Assembly (NCBI GenBank): GCA_028534125.1
Contig: CM052816.1
Span: 95,730,001 to 95,794,000, forward strand
DNA: 64,000 nucleotides
From: Lama glama
Taxonomy: Eukaryota
Direction of reading: 5' to 3'
Shown here piece by piece: positions 13,150 through 26,297 of the stretch. The notes under the pieces were generated by a model, which was not told where the DNA came from, searched no databases, and saw only the letters and a list, made by a program, of their open reading frames with translations. Within the stretch, counting starts at the first letter, position 1; every line of letters starts with the position of its first letter. A program made the position numbers and the translations under genes.

Positions 13150-16100
13150 ATTCTTTGATGAAGTGTTCATGTCTTTTGCCCATTTAAAAAAATTGGGTTT
13201 TCTCAGTATCGACTGGGGCGGTCCTGTATGTGTTTCTTAGACAAGTCATTTGTTGGATACATGTGTTGCCAATAATGCTTCCCACCTAAGTCTGTCTTTC
13301 AAGTTTTTAAATAACATCTGTCCGAGAATAAAAGTTTTAAATTTAGCCAAATTCCAATTTATCATTTTTTCTTTTACATTTTATGATTTTTGAGTTCCGT
13401 TTCAGAAATCTTTGCCTACTACAGGGTCACAAAATTTTTCTGCTGTGTTTTCTTTCAGAAATTTTACGGTTAAGGCTTTACTCTTTGGTCTGTGATCTAT
13501 TTGGAGTTAATTTTTAAAAGTGATGTGAAGGAAGGGTTGATGTTATTATTATTACTTTCCATGTGGATACACATTTGATCCAGCACTGTCTGTTGAAGAC
13601 TTTCCCTTCCACATTGAATTGCCTTGATAACTTTGTCAAAAATTTAGTGGCCATGTATGTCTGGATCTGTTTCTGGACTTGCAACTTGTTGCATTGATCC
13701 ATGTCTATCTTTTTGTCAGAACCAAACTGCATTGATTTTTATTGCTTTATAGTAAGTCTGAAGCCAGGTTGGGTAAATCCTTCATCTTTCCAATTTTTTT
13801 AAATTGAAGTCTAGGCAGTTTACAATGTTGTGTCAATTTCTGGTGTCCAGCATAATGTTTCAGTCATACATATACCTATATATATTCATTTTCACATTTC
13901 TGGTGTTGGGAAAGCTGGACAGCCACATGTAAATCAGTGGAGTTAGAACACTCCCTCTCAACATGTACAAAAATAAACTCAACGTGGCTTTAAGAAAAGA
14001 CAAACATAAGAAAAGACACTGTAAACCTCTTAGAAGAAACATAGGCAAAACATTTTCTGACATAGATCTTAGCACTGTTCTCCTAGGGTAGTGTATCCAG
14101 GCCATAGAAATAAAAGCAAAAATAAACAAATGAGACCTAATTAAATTTATAAGCTTTTGCACAGTAAATCCTTCATCTTTGTTCTCAGTGCAAACGTTGC
14201 TTTGATTATTCCAAGTTCTTGCATTTCCATACACAGTTTAAAACCAGGTTGTGATTAACTACTAAAAAAACTTGCCAGAGTTTGGCCTGGAAATGCATTG
14301 AATCTTCACATTAATTTAGAAGAACTGGCATTTAACTATATTGACCCTATTAACTATATTGAGCCTTCCAATTTATGAACATGGCACGTCTCTCCATTTA
14401 CTTAATTCTTTTAAAATTTATCTCCGCTATGTTTGTGGTGTTTATGGTAGAGGTCACGATGTCCTTGTTACATTTATCCCTAGGTAGTTCATGTTTTTTG
14501 ATGCTACTGTAAGTGGAATTTAAACTCATACGTTCTGATTAGCATCTTTAGATTATTTTGGATTTTCTAAAGACTCAACTATGTTGTCTGAAACTAAAGA
14601 GATCTTTGGATATTCCCTTTTAAATCTTTTTTATACATTTCCCCCCCTTTTACAGTATTACTGTGCTGGATAGGACCTAGAACACAACTTTAGCAGAAGT
14701 AGTGATAACAAGCATTATTGTCCTATTCCTGATCAGAAAATTAGAATTTTCATTCATTTTAATATCAAAAAGGAAATGACTTTTAGATTCCTTTTATCAT
14801 ATTTAGGAAATTCTCTTCTATGCTTATTTATATAAATGATTTTATGAATAGATGTGAAATTTTGTCAGTTTGGCAGCATCTATTCAGATAATCTGTATCT
14901 GTTAGAAGTGAGGTACATTAATTTAATTTCTAATATTAAATCAAGCTTATATTTCTGGAATAAACCCATTGATTTATTCTTGTATATTTTGTGTTCTATT
15001 TTTAAAAATGAATTGTACATTTAATCAATGTGCTAATAATTATTTAGGATTTAAAATTCTTGATATTAGACATGTGAGTTTTCTTGTTTTTTTATCTATT
15101 TTTAATTAACCTCAGGAGAAGTTTTACAAATAAGGCAGCATTTACAGGTTCTGGGCATTAGGATGGGGAAATACTTTTTTGAAGGCAACCATTCAGCTCA
15201 CTACAGGCATATATGAATTGAAACGTTTAAGTCTTTCTGGTGAATTAAATCCTTTATAAGAGGACTCTCTTTATCTCTAGCAATATTTACTGCCTTAAAG
15301 GCTATTTTATCTAATGTTAAAAAAGCCATGGCTTTTATCTTTTGGTTAGCAGTTACTGGCACACGTATTGGAATCCTTTTATCCAGCCTGGTTGTGTCCT
15401 TATGTTTTGGATGTATCCATTACGCACAACATAACAGCAGGTTTTTAAGAAATCCATTGGATGATCTTTGCTCTTACCTGGAACATTTAATCTGTTTACA
15501 TTTAATGCAATGATTTCAATGTTAGGGTTTAAATGTATCATCACTTTAGTGCCCTTTCAATTTTCCTCTTTCTAATTATGTTTCTTTTATCTTTTTCATT
15601 TTTGTGAGACTATTTCGTATCAGTCTACTTTTTCCACCTTCTTATTTTGAAGTGATATATTCTGTCTCTGTCTTTTTCAGTAGTTATCTTAGAAATCACA
15701 ACCTACATATTTAACTGATCACATTTTAAATTTGATCAACATCCTCACCTCTTCTCTTGGACAAAACAGTATTTTAGCTTTATTTCCTCTGACTTATTTG
15801 TATTATTATTTTATTTAACTCCACTCAAGACATGTTTATTGTTGCATGCAGCCAATGTTTAATTATAGTTGCCCTTTAAAGTTTTTTTTTGTTTTTAAAT
15901 CCTATTATTTTCCTTCTGTGGTTACTTCCCTTCTGCTTGAACCATATATTTCAGGATTTGCTTTGCAAAAGTCTGCTGATGGTAAATTGTCTCAGCTTAT
16001 GTTTACTGAAAATGTTTTACTCTCACTCTTAAATTATATTTTGATGGTCAGAAGTTATTTCCTTTAAGCTTAGTTGAAGATGATATTTCACAGTAGTCTT

Positions 16101-17070
16101 GGCTTCATTATCTGGCCTACCCTCCAGATCATCAATTCTCCATTCAGCTGTTTCTAATGTATTGTTAAACTTGTTCATGCATTTAAACTTTTTTCTTTTC
16201 TGTTTTTTTTTTTAATTTCTAGGAGTTCTATTTGGTTCTCTTTCAAATGTGCTAGGTCACTTTTTAAAAAGAAAATCTTATTCCCTGTGTATAGTAATCT
16301 TAATTACTTTATAATCTATTTCTGACATTTCTAATACTGTAGTCTTGTGAGTATGATTCTGGTGTCTACTTTTCTTCTTAACTTGCTCATGGTGATTTCT
16401 TTTGTGGTGAGCTTGTTTGCTGGTGTGCTGTTCATTGCTGTCAGAATTTGTTATGGTGATCTTTTGAGGGTCAGGAGAAAGGTGATTTTCTCTGGAGAGG
16501 ATGTGCAACTGCTACTGTCAAGTTTCAGGAGGTCTTCTGGTCTGGGACCACCATAACCAAGTTTGTGGCTTGAGGATACCTGGATCTCCCAGGCAGTGCT
16601 GTAAAGGTTAGCCCATGGCTATAATTTCATAGGGACATTTTTTCTTTTTTTCCTACCTGCTGCAAACAAGGTCTGGGCAGTTTCCCACATAAATGTGTAA
16701 GAAGAATTTAATTATGGCTCACTGTTAACTTTTTTGCCTCCAGCTTAATGTGAGGACAGTCCCCTAATAGATTCCTCATTTGGGACAGAGCCTGGACATT
16801 GACCTCTGTCCCTTGTGCTGTGCAACCAAAGTGGGAGCTTCTCAGAATGGGCAATTGCCTTCAGGTCAAAGTAGATTAAGTGTCCCGGGCTTGGCCCTCT
16901 GGGTTTCGGTTTTTCTTAGATTTGGTTTAGGTTATTATTATATTTTTTATTATCCTGACAGTGTTTAAATTCTCTCAGGGAATTATTCTTAATATTTTTA
17001 TCCAGCATTTTTAGTTGCTTTCATCTGAAGTCTTGTTTCTCATAAGCTACTGTTGGAAATGGAAGTTATT
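13150..17070 (-). mobile_element. Old L1 (ORF2 to 5' region), degenerate
   Basis: T-rich antisense L1 motifs throughout; ORF2-like peptide fragments. Confidence 0.85.
13790..14163 (-). mobile_element. Young 5'-inverted L1 insertion
   Basis: 17-bp TSD GTAAATCCTTCATCTTT at 13773-13789 and 14164-14180. The 3' tail and the ORF2 segment are in opposite orientations. Confidence 0.85.
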
Positions 17071-17561
17071 ACCTTTTTTGTTAAAAATAAAATACAAATC
17101 CAGTCCTTTCTATAAAAACAAGCACACAGTATAAACTTGTTTATACACCAGAAGTTGACACAATATTATTTGTAAGTCAATTAAAAAAAGCACACAGAAA
17201 ACTAGGAAATAGTTTTTTTTTTTCAAAAAGGAAAATTTGCCTTGATACTTATCAGAATGTAGGACTTTTATTATCTTTCAGTATTTCTTAACCAGGGTTC
17301 TGGGGAAGAATTGGGCCCTAGCACCTAAAAGCATCCTTTGAATGGGATGTATTAACTCTTCTCTCCGGACTCATGAGCCAGACTCATTATGAAGAGACAG
17401 TGTCTGAGGATTTGGGAAAAAAACCACTCAGCTCCTTTTATACAGGACTCTCTCCTGTGTTTGAGTTGGGCTGGTTGCTTTTCTACAAAATGTGAATAGC
17501 TCTTTGGAGTGAGAAAAGACTTACCAACTTTAGTTTTGATCATTGAACCTCATTTATTTAC

Positions 17562-17816
17562 CTTTCCCTGCTTTTTTTGTATATTTATATTGAATCCAAT
17601 TTTACAGCTTCCTCTGCTCTTAGCTTAAACTTTGATACTTCCTTCTGGTCCTTTGAGTTTGGCAGTCCATCAGACTTTCTTCTTTAGTGAACTGGTTTCT
17701 GATTTTCTTTTTGTTGCTGCAGTTTGAGCATGTCCGGGATTCCGTGGTCTTATATTGCCTCAAACAGCCTCTGTCCCTTATGCTAACTCTGTTTGGTGAG
17801 GCCATGGTCCCTCTGC
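17562..17816 (-). pseudogene. Fossil exon (255 bp)
   Basis: tcttatcctcctcctcAG| acceptor and AAG|GTAAAT donor. Phase 2-2; QRDHGLTKQS*HKGQRLFEAI*DHGIPDMLKLQQQKENQK..EVSKFKLRAEEAVKLDSI*. The 4 stops are all TAA/TAG. Confidence 0.7.
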
Positions 17817-17860
17817 CTGAGGAGGAGGATAAGATTGTTACAGAAATATTGTGTAGAGGG

Positions 17861-18307
17861 TGCTAGGAGTTGAATAGTGCCCTCCTCAAATTTATATGTT
17901 GAAGCCCTAACTCCCAGTATCTCAGAAAGAGACCTCATTTGGAAATAGGGTTGTTGCATATGTAGTTAGTTAAGATGAGATTATACTGAAGCAGGGTGGG
18001 TAACTGAGCCAATATGACTGGTATCCATATCGAAGGGGGAAATTTATACACAAAGACATACACAGGAACATGAAGACAGAGATCAGGGTGATGTTTCTCT
18101 GGCTAAAGAACACCAAAGATTCCAGCCAGCAGACCTCCAAAAGCCAGGTCAGAGGTGTAGTCAGATTCTCCCCCAGCGCCTCAGAAGGAGCTCCCGCTGC
18201 TGACACCTTGGTCTTGGGCTCTGACTCCGGACTGTGAGACAATAACGTTCCGTTGTTTAAGGCCCCTGGTCTGTGCTACTTCATTACAGCCCTAGGGAAC
18301 TAATACA
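17861..18307 (+). mobile_element. MLT1 (B/C-like) MaLR solo LTR
   Basis: tgctaggagttgaat..atttggaaataggg..ctgtgagacaataa..ggaactaataca. Confidence 0.9.
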
Positions 18308-18421
18308 GGAAACTGTGTGAGTCGGATGGAAATGAGACAATTAAACATAGGGAGAAGGCTTTCAATTTAGACCAATAGAAATTATAAGGAGCTGGGTTTG
18401 GGGTTCAGTATTGGTCAGTAC

Positions 18422-18651
18422 CTTACACCTTCTTGTCACTCTCAAACATTGTTTTTCCTCTGTCATTTGTCACTTGGCCTCAATTCTTCTGCCTCAAATA
18501 CTTTTACATGCCTGTTCCCATTTGGCCAGGAGTCACTGTTACCCCAACAAAGGTACCTTTCTGCAGAGACGTCCCTAGTTTTGCCCAGTTAGAGGACCCA
18601 GAGACCTCCCATAGCTTCATGTGTATCCAGGGATAAAACCAACTTTCCATC
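18422..18651 (-). pseudogene. Fossil exon (230 bp)
   Basis: atctttgatatcccAG| acceptor and AAG|GTACTG donor. Phase 0-2; DGKLVLSLDTHEAMGG..VKVFEAEELRPSDK*. Confidence 0.6.
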
Positions 18652-18825
18652 CTGGGATATCAAAGATGACATGGAGTGAGAGAGGCAAAGGCAGAACCAC
18701 TCTGTCCTACATGTCCTACCCTCCCTCCCAGGTGCAAAGCGGAAGAATGATTTTTATCGTGTATTTTCCAATGTCAAAACATTTCTACACCAACTAGCTC
18801 AGCTAGAAACCTCTGAGATGGTTAC

Positions 18826-19090
18826 CTGGGAGAAGTGTCGCCCTCACTCACTGACTGGGAATGAAGCCAAGGGGATAAATGAGACTTTCTTTTTTCTGCA
18901 GGAGGGAAGCTAGAGATAGAAGCGACCAGTTCAAGTCAAACCAAGGCTGAAAATCAGTGTCATTTGTCACCATCTGAAGCCATACAGGGGTGTCAGCCTT
19001 GTGGATGAAACCGCCAGTTCTCATGGGCTGTTTCCTAGCTGTCTCGTTTCAGAGAGGATTTATATTTTGGAGTCTTGCTATAGATCACTT
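18826..19090 (-). pseudogene. Fossil exon (265 bp)
   Basis: Strong acceptor ttgtttcctttcatctgtctcAG| and donor CAG|GTAACC. Length fits phase 2-0, but the frame itself is heavily decayed. Confidence 0.55.
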
Positions 19091-19974
19091 CTGAGACAGA
19101 TGAAAGGAAACAATTTATAATTGTTTAACATGTGTGCACAGGTCAACATAGCCCACCTCCAAATTATCTGGCTCCTTAGGAACCACAGTTCTTTGGAGAT
19201 TTATAGAAGGCGCTGGGTTTCAATCACAGTGTTAAATTTAGTGACCTTCAAGGGAAACAGGGAGCAAATTACAGCTTCCTCAACTTGTACATGCCAGGAG
19301 TTGGCCATTCATCCTGCTACCAGACAAATGAACATTGTAGTGACTTCTTGCCAGAGAGAGTAGAGAATGAAAAAAAAAATCTGGACAGCCAAGACGAGTT
19401 TGGACGTACTTCTGATCTACAATTAAGTCACCCAAAAGTGCTAAAGTCAAACTCTTGGACTAATTCTGACTGAAAAACCAGTGGTTTCTGAACACTTTTG
19501 AAGCTCTAGGAATGCATGTATATTCGTAAATAAAATTAGAGGCTGTCTTCAAAACGTTTGATGAAAAGTGTTCCAGAGGTGAGGGCTTGACTCATTATTA
19601 AAAATAAACTCACTTTTTCCTTGTAGAAAAATATTTCAAGCGCAATGGTGATGCACAGTGGGGCTATATGTTAGCAGCCACGGGTTAATAAACACAACAT
19701 TCCAGGCTGTCACAGCGAGATATTTAAACTTCTTTCTCTCTTATTCTTTTTCAATGTCTGAGCCACATTCGCGAGGATACTTAATCCCTCGTCAAGTCTC
19801 TGTCTGGAGCTGTCTGGAAACAAGGAGTGAGTTAAAAGGCAGACAATAAACAGACTGGATGGATTTTATCTACAGAGAAGCACCTGACACCCCCAGTGTG
19901 ACCAGCAAAGCTTGGGATCTTTAGGGTTTTCCATTTCCTAATGTTACAGCCCTGAATGAACATTTATAACCCAC

Positions 19975-20187
19975 TTCTGAGCCTGAGCATCTTCCAGCAC
20001 TGGACCGGCATATTGGTCCAGCAACTGAGTCACCTGCTGTCCATTGGACGGTTTTGCCAGACGGTCTGCTTCCCATTGAGTGGCTCCCCCGTGGTCCTGT
20101 AGCTGTTTGGCACATTCTGCACATGACCGACTGGGAAGTTCAAGCTGCACTTCTCGTATTCCGAATGAGTCATGGGCACATTAGAGT
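19975..20187 (-). pseudogene. Fossil exon (213 bp), acceptor apparently decayed AG>AA
   Basis: tttgtgtttttgctcttactttccAA| and gaa|GTGGGT. Frame IREVQLELPSRSCAECAKQLQDHGG..QVTQLLDQYAGPVLEDAQAQK has one stop; a second frame also has one stop. Confidence 0.6.
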
Positions 20188-21354
20188 TTGGAAAGTAAGA
20201 GCAAAAACACAAAGCCCAGCAGAAGACATTACTCATGAGATCTGCCGCCCAAGATCGAGGCAGTTCCTATCTGTCTTTAGCATCTCAAAAAAGACCAGGA
20301 CGAAAGTAGTTTAGATTTGTAGGTGGTATTATTTCTTTGCCAATTGCAGGCTTTTTAAATCGTAATGTACGCAAAGGCCACAGGGGCAGCTCCTATAGCT
20401 GACTGTGTTGTCCAGACGTCTCAAGCCATCAGATGATGAAGATAACCTCTAAGTCAATAAAGGTTTTCAGCCCGGGTGGGGACATAACTGCAACGAGCTT
20501 GTCAATAAGGCGGGATGGTGAGTGCAATATTCTTTTCTCTGTACTTATGCTGCTGGAACCCGGTTTATAGATTTTGGCTTAGATGGGGAGAGTTTAAACT
20601 TTTATTCACCTCTGTCTGTGGAGGCATATGAGGCCCTGAGAGAAGTGTCTGTCATCCCGTTGCCTCGCTGGCAACCCTAGAAGTCCCACTCGTGGATTTA
20701 GCTGCTGCCTACAGTTAAGTCTTAAATCTAAACTCCACCTGGAAAGAGAAAGCATCTCTCTCCGGCTCCACGGATGCCAACAGCCAAAGCTTTAAGGGAG
20801 ACAGTGTTTTCTTTCATCTCTTTCTCACCCTCACTCCCACCTCCAGGTCTGGGATGCCTTAATTAATGGATTCCCAAATTAGAACATGAGGGTAATTCCT
20901 TTGCAACACCTCACATGACACAGCAGGTGCTTTTGCTGTTTGGACGGGTGACACCATGAACAAGAGACAAATCTTTTATTGGGAGCTCCGAGCTGATGTG
21001 CACACTTGCTGCCCGGCACACTTACATTTGTGCCCATCTGTTTGGGTGGCAGGAGGCCTGTGGAGGGTGGCACAAGCCAGTTCTGAGAAGGCTTGTTTGC
21101 CAATGGAGGAGCTGGCTCAGGGGCGCAGCCTGCAGAACGCAGCGTGTGCCAATGCTCCTGCCAAGAGAACCTTCTGTTTGGCAACAGCGCTGGAACAGGC
21201 ATGTCAATGGGCAACATCTGCCAATGGGAAGCTGGCAGGGACGTGCCCTCTGATTGATCCCGCTGCACGCCATCACCGTACTGCACGCTGTCACCCTGCT
21301 CCCTTTTGAACAGGCTAACGGTGAATACCTCACAGATGCAAGCCGACTCTAACA

Positions 21355-21850
21355 TCACTTATTCATCGTGGAGATAGTCATCAAATGCCTACTATCCGCC
21401 TGCCATTGTGCTAGGTGCTTCTGGGTGATATCAATAAATCTGACATGGATCCAGCTTCCAGAGGTGGACACACATGTAGAGGGTTGGTTGACGTGAGAGG
21501 AACGCTGTATGCGTAGAGTCATATGCACCAGAGTCACAGAGATGTGCCATCAGAGCCCCGAGGAGGGGAGAGGATGCTCAGTGGCAGGGCTAGGGGAGCG
21601 GTGTGTGGACTGGGCCGTAGGAGCAGGGAGGACTTGCGCCCGTGGTTAGAATGGGATGGACCCCTCAAGGGGGTGGGACTTGTACGTTCGGGCAGGAGAG
21701 AGGGAGTGTAGCGCTTGATCGGAGTGTGGAGTGAATGCAGTGGGACATGAAAGAGGAGACAGGAAAGATGTTCTGAGAACAGATCATGGGAGACCAAGAC
21801 AGCAGCTTAAGAGTTTGGCCTTAAAGAGCTGATCAGGATAGCGATATTGT
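21355..21850 (-). mobile_element. L2 fragment
   Basis: aaatgcctactat..cattgtgctaggtgct antisense L2 3' end. Confidence 0.55.
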
Positions 21851-22169
21851 GCCTGTGGGTACAGGGAGGGGGTGGGGGGAGGTGGGGGCGTGGTTAAGAG
21901 ACCACAGTGACAGTGCTGACCCAAGTCAGGTCTTCATCAGTTGTCACTTAGCCGACACTTCCTGAACCCCTTGCTACAGGCTCATGAGGATCACGCCTTA
22001 TCTGGCTTCTCCACCTAAGTGGGGAGCTATATCAAGAGACTTTTGTTACTCAACTCAATGAAATAACGGCGAAGCTCCAGGAGTGCCCGTGGAAATCTGG
22101 GAATCCAGAGGAGGGGGGACATGGAAGCAGCCAAATGCCTGAAAAGTCAGGAGACAGCACGACCTATGG

Positions 22170-22340
22170 CCTGGGTGTCCAGAGTGTGTCCCAGCAGCGT
22201 GGCTTTGGACAAGTTACATCACTTTTCTTGCCTCCACTTCCTCATTTGTAAAATGAACTTGAAAACAGCATCCATTTCACAGGGTGGCTGTGAGAAATAA
22301 ATGGGTTAGTGTGTGTACAGGGTGTAGAAACGTGATTGCC
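22170..22340 (+). mobile_element. MIR SINE
   Basis: tttggacaagttac..cttcctcatttgtaaaatg. Confidence 0.75.
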
Positions 22341-23444
22341 CTCCAGGGTCTGACCTGTTCACGTAAGCTGTTGTGTGGTAGTGCTGCAACACGCAGCCAG
22401 AGTGGTGTTTCAAGACAGAGTCAACTCTGTCTTGTCACGGATTCTCCAAAGCTTCCCTGTGACATCAGCTTAAGCAAATCTCTGGCCAAGAGCACATCTT
22501 TTGTTGTCATTCTGCCCTTGTCCTATCCAGCTGTCCCCACTCCCCTTCTCCTGAGAGCACCCCTTCAGTCAATCACAGGGAACAAGAAATCTTCTCCCAG
22601 GTTCTGCTTCTAGTGAAACTGACTTAAGACAGATGATCTAGAACTGGGAGAGCCCCAAACAAGGAGACCCATTTGTATGTTTTTTCAGGAACTTAGACAT
22701 TAGATGTTGAGGACATAGTTTTATGGAAACATAAATGGGACAGTGCAGAGGACTTCTGTTAAAAAAGGAGAGCTAAAATAGATCTACCTACCACGTGTAA
22801 TATTTTACATAAATTAGATGTGGAGCAAAGGAGAAGATGTTCCAGGTGGTTGAAATCTGAAGTCTATGAATATGACAAGTCTCTTGGTAATTATGGACAA
22901 TTTGAGAAGGTTCTCTTGAGAGAAGATCAAATTGGATTTCAGCCTAAGAGATTTTTATGTTTTAGGGTTATCTGTGGAGTTTTCCTGTAGGTACTTGCAT
23001 ACATAGAACTTGGGAGAGAGAGCGAGTTGTCAGAGCTGGGCAGTAGCTTTGGGAATTATTTTCACACTGTGTAGTTAGATCACAGGGGTGAAGGAGGTTT
23101 CTGAGACATTGAGCAGCAAAGAGCAGATGGCCTGAGACAGAAACTTTGAGGCTGCCCATGCTCACAATGGAGGGAAAATGAGATTTAGAAAGAAGTAAGG
23201 AGGGAGAGAATCTATATGGAACTATAAAAATGACCAGTCAGGCTGGAAAATGTGGGCCCAATTTTGTTTTCAGTTGGTTAACTTTATTTGGCACATGTTG
23301 AAATATTGGTATTATGAGCTTCTAAGTCCTTGAGCAATTTTGGGCTCTACAAGCAGTGTTCATTTTTGTCTCTGTGTGTGTGTGTGTGTGCACGCGTGCG
23401 CACGCATGCACGGGGATGGTTTAGACATGAGCAAACATGTTCAC

Positions 23445-24205
23445 CTCAGTGTATTTTCTCAGAATACTAAATAAATATATTCAGAGAAGGTGAGCTTTGA
23501 ACATTTTTTGATGAGGAGATAGACGTGCAATGTTGGGCAGATGTGGGAAAGCTACTTCAAATGACCTCTTTTCTGTCCATCGTACAGTGTTCCCAGAGAG
23601 GGGAGGGGCAGAACCGTAGAGCTGGAGCGTTGGGGAGGCACTGGGGACGTGATGTTTGTCTGACACACGTGTGTGTAGGGCATTATCCCAGACTCTGAGG
23701 AGTCCAGGACGGATAAGATATGACTGCTGCTAAGGGAAGCAGTGTACACATATCAGTCAATAAGTGCTCAACATCTCAGGACTTCATGAACTTTCACATA
23801 CTGGTATTTTCTCCTTGAAGTTCCCATTTTCTGCACTCAAAGACCTTCTTTGTTCTCTAGCCCTTCGTGGGAAATCTTCTTGGTTCGTATAAATCTCATC
23901 TAATTATATTTATGTCTCTCCTCTTTTTCTCTTGCTCTTTTAAAAACTAGTTTATTGCCTCCATTTTCCAGCTCCTTCCTTGCAGTAATTGGTCCCAGAG
24001 TGAAACATTATCCTCAAGCTCATGCTAATATATGAATAATATTTTTTCATTTCTGCTTTTAGATTTTGTTTAGCATTTGACGTTGCCTCTCGTGTTTTTG
24101 TTTGGTTGGGTTTTATTTTGATACTTGTTTTGGATTGTTTCCCCAGAATGTGCCTCTTCAGTTTCCAGGAAATTCTTGATGATGCTATCAATAATCATTA
24201 AGTCC
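23445..24205 (-). pseudogene. Fossil exon (donor either at 23445 or 23802)
   Basis: Phase-2 start continues the upstream exon: RDLMIIDSIIKNFLETEEAHSGETIQNKYQNK..HELEDNVSLWDQLLQ. Acceptor is a weak GAG. Confidence 0.65.
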
Positions 24206-24916
24206 CTCAGTAGACCAAATTAAAAAGAATAACAGTAATGACCCAAGGCACTGGGAGGACACTTTCCAAGTATCCTCTCATTGCATCACCTACTTTGGTC
24301 CTCAGTTTAGGCTGCATTTGCAGCCTAAACTGCAAAACAGGCTCATTTTACTTTGGCTTCAGCTTCTCTGTGTCTTCCTTCCTTTGCTCTCCTGATGTCT
24401 ACCTCTTGTCTGTCACATTTCTAAAGTACTTAGGTCTCAACTCCATTTGCCTTAATGCACCAGACTTGGTGACTTGCATCTTTTTCAAATTTGACAAGTA
24501 ACACACTCTGAAGGACTGTCTTATCCCTGGAGAGCACCAACATTTCTTCTGCCTTCAAGTAGGAGCTTACACAGAAACTAATTTCACTTGCAACTAATTT
24601 ATTCAACCAATATTATTAAATGTTCACCACGTGCAAAGCACAAGCCGAGGTTCTGTGGGGGCGATAAAGCAGAATGAGCTGAGCTTTTTATCTGAGAGCA
24701 CATATGAAACTGCCAGACAAATACTGTACCAATTATACCCAGTACAAGGCACTAGGGGATCGAGGCTCTGTGCGGGGTACAAACTCAATGCCATGGAGTG
24801 CTGAGGAAAAGAAATGGATAGGATTCATCGAAGGTGGTTATTTCTTAGCAAACAACGGAGGAAGAATTTAGCTTGCTGATTGATTCAAGTCAGCTGACCC
24901 AGCCCCACTTATATTT

Positions 24917-25135
24917 CAGTGCAGATGCTGACAAGCTGGTAAATGACCATCAGTGGGCTCCCTGGGGTGAGGGGGGCGGAGTCCTTACTGTGGCAGTTGT
25001 GCACATCCACGATGTAAATACTCCCAGGGCAACTGACTTCAAACTATCAACCTGGTGTTACTGGACGTGAAGTTGAGAAGAAACACATGGAAGTGACTCT
25101 CCGGAGCTGGTGTGAGCTAGCTTTCTTGCACCAGA
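24917..25135 (-). mobile_element. MER63A-like hAT element
   Basis: gctggtaaatg..gtaaatactccca..ttcaaactatcaac..gagctggtgtgagctagct. Confidence 0.7.
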
Positions 25136-25898
25136 ATACGGGCCAGAAATAACCACTAATAGAATATTTTGAATTTTAAAAAACTTTTCTAAATTCACCA
25201 CTTGTTCCCTGTAAGAAACAGTAGTAAAGATTCAAAAAAAGGGAGAAAAATACCCCATGTTTGTGTAGAACCAGCAATCATGGGGAAAGACCACATCTTT
25301 CTACTGGATTTGGTTTAGGGCTTTCTATTCTGAGAGGCAGACTGGGTAGCAATAGAAAAAAGAAGTGAGGTCAGTGGACTTAAGGGGAACGTCGGGCCTC
25401 CGGGAAGAAAATTGACGTAATGTGTAACTGCTGGTGACAGGCGTGGGCTCTGGGGTTAATGCAGCCCTAGGTAACATTTGATACCAGCCACTGAAATGAA
25501 TAATAAGTATTATTGTGAATTCTAAATATTTTATTATATGTTTAACAGTGGGGGAAAAACATGATTTCATGTAAAATGTAAAAAGTCTTCACTATAAATA
25601 TCTAATGACAGTTTATTTTGACTTTTATTTATTTTTATCATATACTTTAATGTGGTGACATTCATGGAGAATATAATATTTACATGCTCCATTTTTTCAA
25701 TTGCTATGATTTCACTTACACATTTCCAAGCATCCTCACATACTTCAGTTTCTAAAGATTGATGTGGGTCTGTATATGAGCTTAATAATGAAAAATAATC
25801 TAAGACACAGACCCAAGTCGGTGGAGCTGATAATAAAGTCCAGTTTGGGTGCGGGGAACAGCAGAATGCCCAGCAGAGCCTGGGATTCTGAGGGGCGA

Positions 25899-26297
25899 GT
25901 CTTCATCAGCTGGGGCTACTATAACAAAATACCATAGATGGGGGAGTTTGAACAACAGAAATTTATTTCTCACAGTTCTGGAAACTGGGAAGTCCAAGAT
26001 CAAGGTGCCAGCAGATTGAGTTCCTATTGAGGGCCCTCTTCCTGGCCTGTGGATGGCCGCTTTCTTGCTTTGTGCTCACGTGGCCTTTCCTCGGTGTGTG
26101 TGCGTGGGCGCTCAGAGGGAGGTCTCTCTTCCTCTTCTTATAAGGACATTATAAGGGATTAGTCCCATTTTATGATCTCATTTCAACCTAATTACTGGCC
26201 AAAGATCCCACCTCCAAACACTATCATATTGGGGCTTAAGGCTTCAACATGTGAATTCTTCAGGGTGGAGGAGGGCACAGACATTCAGTCCATTACA
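25899..26297 (-). mobile_element. MLT1A-like MaLR solo LTR
   Basis: aacaacagaaatttatttctcacagttctgg..acattcagtccattaca. Confidence 0.9.

Noticed and set aside
23374..23411. (TG)n/CG alternating tract with Z-DNA potential
   Set aside because: Common microsatellite derivative with no evidence of function.
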